Assembly (NCBI GenBank): GCA_963845755.1
Contig: CAWJTV010000009.1
Coordinates: 256,001-320,000, forward strand
Direction: 5' to 3'
Length of the DNA: 64,000 nucleotides
Source: an uncultured Planctomycetota bacterium
Lineage (GTDB): Bacteria > Planctomycetota > Planctomycetia > Isosphaerales > Isosphaeraceae
A model generated the notes under the pieces. It was given only the letters and a program-made list of their open reading frames with translations. It ran no database searches and was not told the DNA's origin. Positions 42,352-54,507 of this stretch are shown piece after piece; within the stretch, counting starts at the first letter, position 1, and the number at the start of each line of letters is the position of its first letter. A program made the position numbers and the translations under genes.

Positions 42352-43765
42352 ATGGCCACCCAGTTTGAAGGCGTGTTGCAGGCGGGCGGGAGCGCGCACG
42401 GCGCGGTGACATTGACGCCGCAGGCCCGCCGTCTCTTGGAGGGGCCGGTTCTGCCGACGCTCCTGCGGCTGGCCGCCCCTACCGTGGCACTCATGCTGCT
42501 CCAGGGCGTGATCGCTGCCGGTGAGGCGGCTTTCGTCGGGCGGCTGGGTTCTTATGCCCTGGCCGGCGTGTCCCTGAGTTTCCCGATGGTGATGCTGATG
42601 ACCACCCTGTCGGCCGGGGCTTACGGCGGCGGTGTCGCCTCGGGCGTCGCGCGGGCGCTCGGTGCCGGGAGGTCCGATGATGCCGCGCGAGTCGCGGGGA
42701 CCGCCCTCGGGATGTCCGCCATCCTGGGATTGGCCTCGACGGCCACCATGTTGCTCTTCGGGCGGGCGTTCTACGCCGCGCTGGGAGCCACCGGCCCGGC
42801 CCTGGAAGCCGCGGTCCTCTACTCCGACGTGTTCTTCCTCGGCGCCATCCCGTTCTGGCTGTTCAATGCCGCCGCCAGTGTCCTGCGCGGGGGCGGCAAC
42901 ACGGCGTACCCGGCCGCTGCGGGCGCCGTGGGGGGCGTGGTCACGCTGGCGGCGTCTCCGCTGGTCATCTTCGGAGCGGGACCCATCCCTGGGTTCGGGA
43001 TCGCCGGCGCGGCGTGGGCGGTGGTGACCTACAACGTGGCGATGGCGGCCGTGCTCCTGCGGGCGGTCTGGGCGTCCGGGTCGCCGACGCGGCCGGGGTT
43101 CTGTTCGCTCGTGCCGGAGTGGCGTTATGCCTTCGAGGTCCTCAGAGTCTCGGTGCCGAGCGCCGCCAGCACGCTGGTGACCAACCTCACGTTCATCATC
43201 CTGACGGCCCTGGTCGCGCCGTTCGGGGCAGAGGCGATTGCCGGGTACGGTGCCGGGGGGCGTCTGGAGTACCTGCTGATCCCCATCGTGTTCGGCGTCG
43301 GCTCGGCGCTGGTTCCCCTGGTTGCCGCCAGCGACGGGGCGGGGGACTTCGGGCGCGTCCGCAGGCTGACCCGCGCCGGCGCGGTGCGGCGCGGGGGGAT
43401 GCGGGCTGGTGGGGGGTACCGCCGCCCTGTTCCCGTGGGCGTGGATGGGGCTGTTCACCTCTGACCCTGCGGTGGCGGGGTTCGGCAGGTCGTACCTGGT
43501 CCGGGTCGGCCCGGCCTACGCGTTCCTCGGGCTGGGGCTGGCCCTGTATTTCGCCGCGCAGGGGCGTGGGCGGACGGCGCAGCCGCTGCTGGCCACCCTG
43601 ACCCGTCTTCTGGTCGCCGGGGCGCTGGGCGCCCTGGGGCTGGGTGCCCTCGGCTGGGGGATCGACTCCCTGTTCGCCCTGATGGCCTGCGGCCTCGTCT
43701 TGTACGGGATGGTCATGGTCGCCGTGATGCGCCGCGAACTCGGGTTTTACACCGGAGGGAGGTGA
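42352..43765 (+). CDS. MATE-family efflux transporter; frameshift near 43390
   Basis: LLEGPVLPTLLRLAAP, GIAGAAWA and EAIAGYG motifs. Confidence 0.88.
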
Positions 43766-43768
43766 GTG

Positions 43769-44948
43769 ATGCGGATTCTTCTCCTTGGGCTTTGTCTCGG
43801 TCTGGCCGGCTGTGCCCGGGTGCCTTCGGAGGCGCCGACGGCCGCGCCCACACCGGTCGCGGTCAGCCGTCCGGTCGAACGAGACGTGACCGACTACGCG
43901 GACTTCACCGGCCGGACGGCCGCGGTGGATTCCGTCGAGGTGCGGGCGCACGTCCCGGGTTACCTCGACAAAGTCCACTTCAAGGAAGGGGCGCTGGTCA
44001 AGAAGGACGACAAGCTCATCGAGATCGACCCCCGGCAGTACCGGGCCGACCTCGAGCGGGCCCGGGGGACCGTGGCGCAATATGAGGCCCGCCTGCACCG
44101 ACTGGAGCGTGATTACCAGCGCGTCAAGAACCTGCTGGTGCGCGGGGCGGTCGGCCAGGAAGAATACGACCGGTACGAGGGCGATTACCGAGAGGCGGCG
44201 GCCAGCCTCGATGTCGCCAGGGCCAACCGCGACCTCGCCGCGCTGAACCTGGACTACACGCGGGTCACGGCGCCGGTCAGCGGGCGCGTCAGCCGATACG
44301 TCGTCACGGTGGGCAACCTGATCCAGTCGGGGGACCAGAACGGTGGCACCCTTCTCACCACGATCGTGTCTGTGGACCCGATGTATGTCTACTTCGACAT
44401 GGACGAGCGCACCGTGCTGCGCAGTCCGGCAGTTGATCCGTGAAGGCAAGGCCAGGTCGGACCGCGAGGCCGCGTGGCCCGTTTCGCTGGGCCTGGCCAC
44501 GGAAGAGGGATTCCCCCACCGGGGCACGATCAATTTCGAGGACAACCAGGTCAATCCGAGAACCGGCACCCTGCGCGTCCGAGGCGTGTTCGCCAACAAG
44601 GACGAGGCGCTCTCCCCCGGTTTTTTCGCCCGCGTCCGTGTGCCCATCGGTCAAGCCCACCGCGCCCTGCTGATCACCGACCGCGCCATCGACACCGACC
44701 AGGGCCAGAAGGTCGTATATGTGGTCAACGAGAAGAACGAGGTGGTCTCTCGCGCCGCCCGGCTGGGGGCGCTCCATCATGGCCTGCGGGAGATCACCGA
44801 CGGCCTGAACGCGGGCGAGCGGGTGATCGTCAACGGCCTGCAACAGGTGCGGCCGGGCGTCACGGTCGAGCCGAAGCTCGTGGACATGCCGATCTCAAGA
44901 GTCAGGGACCACAACGGGACCGCGCGCGTCGCGAGCGCCACGCAATGA
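43769..44948 (+). CDS. RND efflux periplasmic adaptor (lipoprotein); frameshift near 44420
   Basis: LAGC lipobox, VEVRAHVPGYLDKVHFKEG, LDYTRVTAPVSG and TGTLRVRG. Confidence 0.9.
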
Positions 44949-44997
44949 TTCCCGGCCACCAGATCCTGACTGCCGACCGAGGAGAAGGAAGACTGTC

Positions 44998-47900
44998 ATG
45001 CTGGCACGTTTCTTTATTGACCGCCCGGTCCTTGCGTGGGTCATCTCCATCGTCATCGTCTTGCTCGGGGCCATCGCGGCGGGCTTCTTGCCCATCGCCG
45101 AGTACCCGGAGATCACGCCGCCGACGGTCCGGGTGACCGCCAGTTACCCCGGGGCCAACTCCCAGGTCGTGGCCGACACGGTGGCCGCGCCGATAGAGCA
45201 GCAGGTCGTGGGCGTCGAAGGGATGATGTACATGTCGTCCCAGAGCAACTACGACGGCTCGTACACCCTGGATGTGACCTTCGAGCTGGGCACCAACGTG
45301 AACATGGCCCAGGTACTGGTGCAGAACCGCGTCGCCATCGCCGAGCCGACGCTCCCCGACGTGGTCCGGACTATCGGCGTGAGCACCAAGAAACGGACCC
45401 CAGACGTCTTGCTGGGGATCAGTCTGTATTCCGAGGACGACCCGGAGACCGGCCGGCCGTATTATGATTCGCTCTACCTGAGCAATTACGCCACGATCAA
45501 CGTCAAGGACGCTGTGGCCCGGGTGGAGGGCGTCGGCGACGTGGTCATCCTTGGCCAGCAAGACTACAGCATGCGCGTCTGGCTGGACCCGGACAAGCTA
45601 CAGTCGCGAAATCTGACGGTGAACGACGTGATCCGGGTCTTGCGCGAGCAGAACGTGCAGGTGGCGGCGGGACGGATCGGCCAGCCGCCGGTCCCCAATG
45701 GCCAGGACTTCCAGTACACCCTGAGCACCCTCGGCCGGCTGGTCGAGGCCGAGCAGTTCGCGGAGATCATCCTCAATACCGGCAACGACGGGGAAGTCAC
45801 CAACCTGCGGGACGTCAGCCGGACCGAACTGGGGGCCCGGAACGAGGACACGCTCGGGCGGCTGGACGGCCGGCCGTCGCCGGCCGTTGTCGTCTTTCTG
45901 TTGCCTGGCTCGAACGCCCTGGACACCGCCGACGGCATCAAGGCCAAGATGCGGGAGCTGGAAACGCGGTTCCCCAAGGGGCTGCGTTACCTCATCGGCT
46001 ACGATACCACGCCGTTCATCCGCGAATCCGTGAATGAGGTGTTCCATACGCTGCGCGACTCCGTCATCCTGGTCGCCCTCGTCATCCTGCTGTTCTTGCA
46101 AGACTGGAAAGCCCTGCTCCTGCCCGTGATCGACATGGCCGTCTCGCTGGTCGGCACCTTCGCCGTCATGAGCCTGATGGGCTTCAGCCTGAACAACCTG
46201 ACGCTGTTCGGGCTGGTGCTGGCCATCGGCCTCGTCGTGGACGACTCCATCGTCGTTCTGGAGAACATCGAGCGCTGGCTGGACAAGGGCCTGCCCGTGC
46301 GCGAAGCCACGATCCAGGCCATGAACGAGATCACCGGGCCGATCCTCGCCATGACGCTGGTGCTCAGCTCGGTGCTGCTACCCAGCGCCTTCCTCGGCGG
46401 CATCACCGGCCAGTTCTTCCGCCAGTTCGCCTTGACCATCTCGGTGGCGATGATCATCTCGGCAATCAACGCCATGACCATGACGCCGGCGCGGGCAACC
46501 TGGATCTTTGCCAGCCGCAAGCCCGGCCAGCACGGCGATCAGGGCAAAGAAGCGCTGCCGTGGTGGAGCTTCGCCCTGTTCGGCGGGCTGGCGACCGCGT
46601 GGCTGCTGGCGCCGACGCTGCGGCGCATGGTTGGGCCTGCCCGCCGGCGAGGACGGCGAGGCGGCGCCCGGTGGCCTGCGAGCCACCTTGCTCACTTGGG
46701 GAATCGCCGGCGTCGTTTTCCTTCCGGGCGCGGTCGCGGGCGGGACACTGGGCTGGTTTTTGATCCGCCCGGTGAACTGGGCACTGGATCATTTCTTCCG
46801 CGGCTTCAACGGGATCTTCGAGCGGACGACGCACGCCTACGGCAGGATCGTGGGCTGGTGCCTTCGCCTTAGCGTCATCGTGCTCCTCGTCTACGTCGGC
46901 CTGATCGGTTTGACGGGCTTCGGCTTCGCCCGCGTCCCCAGTGGGTTCGTCCCCATCCAGGACAAGGGCTACCTCGTGGTGAACATCCAGTTGCCCGATT
47001 CCGCTTCGCTGGAGCGCACGGTCGAGGTGACCGAGGCGGTCGAGAAGATTGCCCTCGATACGCCCGGAGTGGCCCACACGGTGGCCGTGCCGGGGCTGTC
47101 GTTCGTCTTGAACGCCAACAGTTCAAACTACGGCAATATGTTCGTCATCCTCAAGCCGTTCCACGAACGGCGGGACCCCTCGCGCACCGGCGAGGCCATC
47201 GTGGGCCATCTCCGCGGGCGCTTGCAGCGGGAGGTCCCGGAGGCGCGCGTGCTCGCCTTCGGGCCGCCGGCGGTCCGGGGCCTCGGCAACGCCGGCGGCT
47301 TCAAGCTGATGGTTGAAGCCACCGGCGACGTCAACTTTGACGCGTTGCAGGCCCGGGCGGACAACCTGGTCGCCCAGGGGAACCAACAGCCCGGGCTCGT
47401 CGGCCTCTTCAACGGCTTCCGCGCCGGACGCCGCAGCTCTACGCGGAGATCGACCGGACCAAAGTCCGGACGATGGGGGTGGCGCTCACCGACGTCTTCG
47501 ATGCGCTGCAGGCCTACCTGGGCAGCTACTACGTCAACGACTTCAACCGCTTCGGCCGCACCTGGCAGGTGAACGTCCAGGCCGACGCCCCCTTCCGCGT
47601 GGACGCGGAAACCGTCAAACAGCTCAAGGTCCGAAACGCCGACGGCGACATGGTCCCGCTGGGCGCCGTGGTGGACATCCGCGAATCCGTCGGCCCGGTG
47701 ACGATCACGCGATATAACATGTTCCCTGCGGCGACGATCACCGGCTCCTGGCAGCCGGGGGTCAGCACCGGCGACGTCCTCCGGACGATGGAACGCTTGT
47801 CAAACAAGGAGTTGCCGCGCTCCATGACCTATGAGTGGACCGAGCTGAGCTACCTGCAGAAGCAGTCCAGCAAGATCGAGCAGTTCCGCGACCTGCGACA

Positions 47901-48577
47901 GAACCCGTTCAGCGCGTTCGTGCTGGGGGCGCTGCTGGTCTTCTTCGTGCTGGCCGGTCTGTACGAGAGCTGGTCGCTGCCACTGGCGGTGATCCTGGTC
48001 GTGCCGATGTGCGTGTTGTGCGCCCTCACCGGCGTCGCGGTCCGCGGCATGGACAACAACATCTTCACCCAGATCGGCTTCGTGGTGTTGATCGGCCTGG
48101 CCTGTAAGAACGCCATCCTTATCGTCGAGTTCGCCCGCGACCGCCAGCAGGAAGGTGCCTCCCGGTTCGCCGCCGCCGTGGAGGCCGCCCGGGTGCGGCT
48201 GCGGCCGATCGTGATGACCTCGGCATGCTTCATCCACATGGTGCCACCGTACTTCGCAGCCGGCGCCGGCGCCGAGATCGCGCCGCTCGCTGGGAACCGC
48301 CGTGCTGTGGGGCGCCTTCGGCGTGACCCTGTTCGGTATCTTCCTGACGCCGGTCTTCTACTCCGTGGTGCGCCGGCTCAGTGGCCAGGGGCCGGTCAAG
48401 CCCGCGCACGGCGCGGGTCCGACGCGGCGCCAGCCGGGACGGTCCCGGAAGGCCCAGACTGGGCGAGGCCGGGTGCTTTCCCTGCGAGGAACGGAGAAGC
48501 CGAATACGCAAGCCTTGACTTCCTGGGGATGCACCGTGAGCCCGGCAGTAGGAGGAGTTGACCGATGCGGATCGTAG
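44998..48577 (+). CDS. RND (HAE1) efflux permease; several frameshifts
   Basis: FFIDRPVLAWVI, LAIGLVVDDSIVVLEN, KNAILIVEFA and RLRPIVMTS. Confidence 0.9.
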
Positions 48578-48703
48578 AACACCCTCGGCAACGAGGGCGT
48601 GACCGAGATCGCCCGGACGCTCGACCGTAAGAAGCACGAACTGGCCGAGAAGGCGGCCGGTGGGGCGCCCGCGCCGGCCCGGCTCTTTCCAGGAGGCAAC
48701 GCC

Positions 48704-49620
48704 ATGACCGAATCCTGGTTCTCCGTGGTCCACGCCCGAACGACGTCGGACAGGCCCTTCGCCGACGTGCAGGCCGCCTTCGAGCGGCGACTCGGTCGGT
48801 TCGAGCCGGACGCATACCAGGCGCTCGCCGAGGGCGGCGACCCGGCGGCGGTCCGGGCCCGGCTCGAGGCGATGGCCGGCTCCAGCGGCTTCATGCTCTT
48901 CAGCACCAGCGACCACGGGAGACTCCTGCGGATCGTCGGCTAGCCTGGATTCCCATGGAGGCAGATTGGGCTAACATTTGTTGCCGCATGATTGGAAAAA
49001 AGCCCGCGATACTCAGCTTTTCGCCTCGGAACTGGTTATGCTCCTCCAAGAGTTAAAGGTGGGTCTCCCACTAAGTTAACTTGATCACCATGGATTATAT
49101 GTTCGTCGATCGAATCTCACTTCCTCCTGGAAAACAAGGGGTTCTTGCGACAAATCTATCGAATTCACCACAGTGGATGCATTGAGTTGACACCGTGGAT
49201 GCTCTTTTTTCAGTTTACGGATCACCTAACATCGAGAGAGGCGTTTCGATGAGCCGTTTCAAGCCAGAACCACTTGAAATCCAGGGGAAAACCCACTTCG
49301 ACGAATTTTGCTTCGTTTATGGATTGCGTCGTAGCCTACCCCGTTTTTGCCTCCATGGGAATCCAGGCTAGCAGCGGAAGGCCCTACAGTACGTCATCGG
49401 TAACCCGCTGTTAGCGGTCGAAATGACCCGGCACGCCATCGGCGCGGGCCTGTACGCACCGCTGCGCGCACTGATCTACGAGGCCGATGAAGGCAAATCG
49501 TACATCGAGTACGACCGCCCCTCGTCCTTCTTCGGGCAGTTCGGGGACGAGCGGGTCAACATGATGGCCGCCACGCTCGACCAGAAGCTGGCGGATCTGG
49601 CGGCCACGGCGACGCGCTGA
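48704..49620 (+). pseudogene. DUF302-family protein interrupted by a MITE
   Basis: ...DHGRLLRIVG | QRKALQYVIGNPLLAVEMTRH...GLYAPLRALIYE...YDRPSS. Confidence 0.82.
48940..49371. mobile_element. MITE with the ends of the 51149-53283 IS, inserted at CTAG
   Basis: IR CTAGCCTGGATTCCCATGGAGGCA / TGCCTCCATGGGAATCCAGGCTAG; AT-richer interior with no transposase. Confidence 0.92.
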
Positions 49621-49829
49621 CGGTCCGCATAAGGTGTTCCATGCGCGGCGATGCAATTCTCGGATTACACAACCCTCTATTCATCCGAGTCCACTCATAA
49701 ATGCAGATCTCCAGACTTCCGTCAATCGGGGCGTCGTGGCTGAAAACTTCGCGGCCAAGCTCGCCGTTACAGCCTTCGGTGTCGCCCTTCGAAGCCGAGC
49801 TCAGGGCACCTGGCTCGACCTGCAATTAG

Positions 49830-50153
49830 ACCTAAGCGGAGGGCCAGGCCATTGAGCTCCCAGCGCATGTGCTGGTTGGACAGGGCGAACAACTGTCGCA
49901 CGGTCCCAGGGCGGACTTCGCGCACGCGCCTTGAGCAACCGCTCCGCGACGGCGCCGAGCAATTCGTAGACCTGCAAGTTCAAGGAGGGGCCGTCAGGCG
50001 CGGATAACTTCGGAACAGCAGCCTGGCGCAGAGCAGGTGCAGCCGGTGGACGGCCCGGTCCATCATTGCCCGGACGATCGGCTCGGCGGGTGAATCCTCC
50101 GCCAACTCGTCCAGGTAGCGCTGGACCACGGCTGTGGTTCGTTCGTCGTTCAT
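49830..50153 (-). pseudogene. N-terminal half of a kinase-associated ECF sigma factor
   Basis: MNDERTTAVVQRYLDELAEDSPAEPIVR...RSYPRL...AVAERLLKA...NQHMRWELN. Confidence 0.7.
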
Positions 50154-50357
50154 GGCGCAACGTCACGTCCGAAGGGCGGTTGCATCCGTAGCGATTCCAC
50201 CGCGCAAGATGTCCGCCAGCTACGCTCAGTAGGACGTCCTCTCCAAACCCGGCGGCGGCAGCCACGACGATGCGGCCGACGCCACACTGGCCAATGGACG
50301 TGCCTATGCCCTGCGGCCAATACAGGTAGACCGGTCAGCCACACCCAGACCGTTGTT

Positions 50358-51148
50358 TCAGGGACCCACTGTCGGGTCGGATTCGTCCGCAGGTTCTACT
50401 TGGTGGCGGAGGTTCTCGATGGAGAGGCCGTCCACCCCTCGGAGGAGCTCCCCGGCGATCGTTTCGAGATGCGCAAGGATTGGCGGAGCTTCGTCAAGCT
50501 GTGCGTTTTCCGCGACGTCTTCCAGATCGGCCGCCTGGTTGCCGGCGACAGTGGAGAACGCCGAAAGCATCCCGTAGAACTTGTGAGCCGCTTCCCGTAA
50601 CCGCGGGGCGTCGTGGTCATGCACAGCCTCTCGGACCGCCGCCAGGTGCTCGGGGACGCGTGCCTGGAGCGACCGGCACATTTTCTGGAGCATGATCGGG
50701 TCGCCCCCGCAGGCAGCTAACAGAACTTTCGGGTCAAGCGGGTCCAGGCGGGGAGCTTCGCGGGGCGGACGACGCCTCCAAGCCCGGTCGATGGCCGCCC
50801 ACAGGTCAGCGGCATTAGACGGCTTGGCGAGGTACTCGTCCATGCCTGCCCTCAGGCACCTCTCGCGGTCTTCTTTCCGCGAGCGAGCGGTCAAGGCGAT
50901 GACTGGCAGGTGGCCTCCCGCCGTTCGCTCGCGCTCCCGGATCGCTCCGACAACGTGGAAGCCGTCCAGTTCAGGCATGTGGATGTCCAGGAGCAACAGG
51001 TCGAAGAGTTCGCGCTCCAGCAGGGCCAGCGCCTCCCGACCGTCAACCACCATCGTCGCCGAGAGCCCCTGGCCGGCCAGCATGTGCTCGAGAAGCTCCC
51101 GGTTGAACTCGTTGTCCTCGGCGACCAGGACGCGCAGCGGCACGCCTA
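50358..51148 (-). pseudogene. REC-HPt C-terminal remnant of a hybrid histidine kinase, cut by the IS stack
   Basis: LRVLVAEDN...LLDIHMPELDG...AGMDEYLAKP...AAHKFYG; paralogous to 9354-10130. Confidence 0.8.
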
Positions 51149-53283
51149 CTAGCCTGGATTCCCATGGAGGGGAAACCGGCTAACAAATTGGCTTGCAACT
51201 GATCCGGTTTATCCCTAAAATCCGGTTGTCTCTGGCACCGTCTCGTTATCGACGCCCAAGAACTATAGATACCCCAGCCACAGGGTCAACCCAAACATCC
51301 AACCGATGCAGATTCGATGTTGGGTCGCCATTTCGGCCTGAAATCCCAGGATTTCCCGCATTCTATCAACACATCAACGAGCGACTCCGAATCAGGATGG
51401 CACCGTGGCATCATGGACGATAATTCCAGAGAGCGCCTAACACTGGCCCGCCGCTTCTTGGAGCCTTCCAACTCCACCCATCGACAATACGAGGCCCTCC
51501 GAGCGTTCTTCGTCAACCGACTACCATCGGCCGAGGCGGCCGCTCGCTTCGGCTACTCACCGGGGAGCTTCCGCGTCCTCGTCCACCAGTTCCGCAGCCA
51601 GCCCGACCGCGATTTCTTCGCCCCCGCCCCACGCCAGGGCCGGCCTCCCGCCAAACGGAAACGGCTGCGGCAACAGGTCGTCGCCCTGCGCAAGCAGAAC
51701 CTCTCCGTCCACGACATCAGCCGCGCCTTGGCCCGCGACGGCGAGGCCCTCAGCCCGGCGGCGGTCGCCGCCATCCTCAAGGAAGAGGGCTTCGCCAAGC
51801 TGCCGCGACGAGTTGACGACGAGCGACCCGAACAGCCGCGCCCCGTCGTCGCCGAGATCGCCGATGTTCGCCGTCTCGACCTGACACAACGCCACCTGCG
51901 TACCCAGTTCGGCGGCCTGTTCCTGTTCTTCCCCTGGCTGATCGCCGCCGACTTGGACATGCTCCTGGGGCGGTGCGGCTTCCCCGGCTCCGAGATGATT
52001 CCCGCCGCCTGCGCCGTTCGGTCGCTCCTGGCTCTGAAACTCTTCGGCGATGCGCGCCATTCCCACGTCATGAGCGCGGTACTCGACGACGGGCTGGCTC
52101 TCTTCGCTGGCTTGAATGTGATCCCCAAGCGATCGTTCCTGACCGAATACAGTTGCCGGATCCCGCCGACGTGCTATCCCACCTTGATGCGCGACTGGTT
52201 CGACACGGTCAGTCGTCTGGGCTTGCGATGGGGGACCTCGTTCGACCTGGACTTCCACACCATCCCCTTCCACGGCGAGGATGCCCTGGTCGAGAAGCAC
52301 TACATCTCCAAGCGGAGCCGGAGTCAGAAGGGGATCCTGGCCTTCCTGGCCCAGGACGCCGAGACCCGCGTCTTCTGCTACGCCAATGCCGAGTTGCGCA
52401 AGGATCAGCGGGATGACGAGGTCCTTCGCTTCGTCGAATTCTGGAAGCGACGGACCGGACGGTTGCCCGCGGAGCTGATCTTCGACTGCACGTTGACGAC
52501 GTACGCCAAGCTCAACGAGCTGAACCGGATGAAGATCGACTTCATCACGTTGCGGCGACGGACCCCCAAGCACCTGGCGGAGATCGCGCGGGTCCCGCTC
52601 TCGGCCTGGCGGCGGGTCGAGCTGGAGAATGTCGCCCGCGCCTACAAGACACCGCGGGTGCTGGACCGCCAGGTCGCGCTGACGGACTACGATGGCCCGA
52701 TCCGCCAGTTGACCGTGGCCGATTTGGGTCACGAGGAGCCGACGTTGCTCTTGACCAACCAGTTGAGCCGGTCGGCGTCGCACCTGATCGGCCGCTACGC
52801 CCGGCGGATGATCATCGAGAACACCATCGCCGACGGGATCGACTTCTTCCACATGGACGCGCTGAGCTCGGCGGTGGCGATGAAGGTCAACTGCGACCTG
52901 CAACTGACCTTGATGGCCAGCAGCCTGTACCGGCTGCTGGCAGCCCGAGTCGGCCAGGGTTACGAGGTCGCCGAGTCGCGCCACCTGTTCCGAGACTTGG
53001 TGGATGCCACGGCGGGAATCACGATCGGAGAGAGCGAGTTGGTGGTCCGGTATCAGAGGCGGGCACACAATCCGCTGCTGATCGCCGCCGGGTTTGATCA
53101 GACCGACGTGGCCGTCCCCTGGCTGGGGGGCAAGCGACTGCGGCTGGTCTTCGGATGAGGTCATGCTGGCCCCCGGGCCGACCGTGGTGTAAAGTCCAGA
53201 ACTAACGTCGCAACGCATTGCCACATCTTCATGCAGCTTGCCGATTTGTTAGCGAGTTTCCCCTCCATGGGAATCCAGGCTAG
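51149..53283 (+). mobile_element. Unclassified DDE insertion sequence (IS1380/IS4-like) flanked by CTAG
   Basis: Long imperfect TIR CTAGCCTGGATTCCCATGGAGGGGAAAC..GCTAACAAAT / ATTTGTTAGC..GTTTCCCCTCCATGGGAATCCAGGCTAG. Confidence 0.9.
51413..53158 (+). CDS. Putative DDE transposase with N-terminal HTH domains (~580 aa)
   Basis: DLDFHTIPFHG, LIFD and YARRMIIENTI motifs; the only long plus-strand ORF between the TIRs. Confidence 0.8.
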   Translation: MDDNSRERLTLARRFLEPSNSTHRQYEALRAFFVNRLPSAEAAARFGYSPGSFRVLVHQFRSQPDRDFFAPAPRQGRPPAKRKRLRQQVVALRKQNLSVHDISRALARDGEALSPAAVAAILKEEGFAKLPRRVDDERPEQPRPVVAEIADVRRLDLTQRHLRTQFGGLFLFFPWLIAADLDMLLGRCGFPGSEMIPAACAVRSLLALKLFGDARHSHVMSAVLDDGLALFAGLNVIPKRSFLTEYSCRIPPTCYPTLMRDWFDTVSRLGLRWGTSFDLDFHTIPFHGEDALVEKHYISKRSRSQKGILAFLAQDAETRVFCYANAELRKDQRDDEVLRFVEFWKRRTGRLPAELIFDCTLTTYAKLNELNRMKIDFITLRRRTPKHLAEIARVPLSAWRRVELENVARAYKTPRVLDRQVALTDYDGPIRQLTVADLGHEEPTLLLTNQLSRSASHLIGRYARRMIIENTIADGIDFFHMDALSSAVAMKVNCDLQLTLMASSLYRLLAARVGQGYEVAESRHLFRDLVDATAGITIGESELVVRYQRRAHNPLLIAAGFDQTDVAVPWLGGKRLRLVFG

Positions 53284-54507
53284 TGCTTTGTCACAGCTTA
53301 ATCTTAGGGTAGACCGACGTGAGTTTACCGCGAGCATCGTCGATCTTCATTTGCCAATCCACGCCGCGCTGGGTGCTGTTGACATCGGATGACCAAGCGC
53401 CGGTCTCCGCTCGCAGGGTGGGAACATCGCCGAAGCGGCGACCGGACACGCACTGGCGTGTCAGGGAGCTCAGCTCATTCTCGGCGATGTTCAGCCAGCT
53501 ACCGTGCTTGGGCGTGTAACAGAACTCGATGCGGCAGACCAACTGGCGCGCCCGGGCGGGTGCAAAACTCTCGTAGAATGCGCCTTTGGTGTGCGTGTTC
53601 AAGTTGTCGCACACGACGATCACGTGCTCGGCGTCGGCGTAACGGCCTTCCATCAGTCGAGCCATCTCGATCGCCCAGTCCACCTTGGTTTTCGTCTCGC
53701 GAACGGCCACCTCGCGCCAACCCGCCAGTGGTTCGGTGAACATGAAGATGTTCGCTGTCCCGCGCGCTCGTACTCATAGTCAACGCGCCGGCCGTGTCGG
53801 CGGGTGGCGGGGATGGGCACGCGGGTCTCCTTCAGCAACTGCACCGGTTGCTCGTCCATGCCCAGCACCGGACGGGCGGGATTATAAGGTATCGCGTAGG
53901 TCTCCAGCACTTCCTCCATGTTGGCTACGAACTCGCCGTCGGCCTTGGGCGGGATGACCCAGTACTCAAGCTTGCGGTTGGTCATGCCGTTTTTTTTAGC
54001 GTACGCCGCACGGTTTCGTAACTCACGGACTCGACGATCCCCAACTCCACGACCTTGCGCGCGAGCAGGCGCAATGTCCAGTTGGCATAGCCCGGGGGAG
54101 GCGATCCCAGTCGCGTGGCAATGATCCGAGCTTCCTGCTCCCCGCTGAGCAACTTCTCGACCGGTGGTGTCTCACGCTTACTGCGGTCCAGCGCTTCGCC
54201 AAAGCCTCGCTCCACGAGACGCTGACGGATGTTCTCCACGCTCTTGGTTCGGCATCCGAATGCCTCGGCGATCCGCTGGTCGGTCCAGTTTGGGCCGTCC
54301 GCGTCCGCCTTGAGCAAGATCTGGGCACGCCGTACCTTCTCGCTTGTCCCCTTCAACTTCTTGATCACGGCCGCCAACTCGGTCCGTTCCTGATCCGTCA
54401 GCCGAACGATATACTTTTTGTTCACGGGGAACCTCCTTTGTCCCCGACATCATCTTCTTTTTGGGGAAAGCCCCCAACCCTAACTTTTAGCTGTGACAGA
54501 GCACTAG
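53280..54507 (-). mobile_element. IS630-family element, copy 1
   Basis: Ends CTAGTGCTTTGTCACAGCT / AGCTGTGACAGAGCACTAG; two-ORF transposase. Confidence 0.95.
53291..54425 (-). CDS. IS630 transposase: -1 frameshift at A8C (53989-53997) and a further indel near 53760
   Basis: HTH ORF ending TLKK; DDE ORF with GMDEQP, CDNLNTH and YTPKHGSWLNIAE. Confidence 0.92.

Noticed and set aside
48941..48943. Amber codon as pyrrolysine
   Set aside because: No pyl genes are in view, the position is non-catalytic, and the gene is MITE-disrupted.
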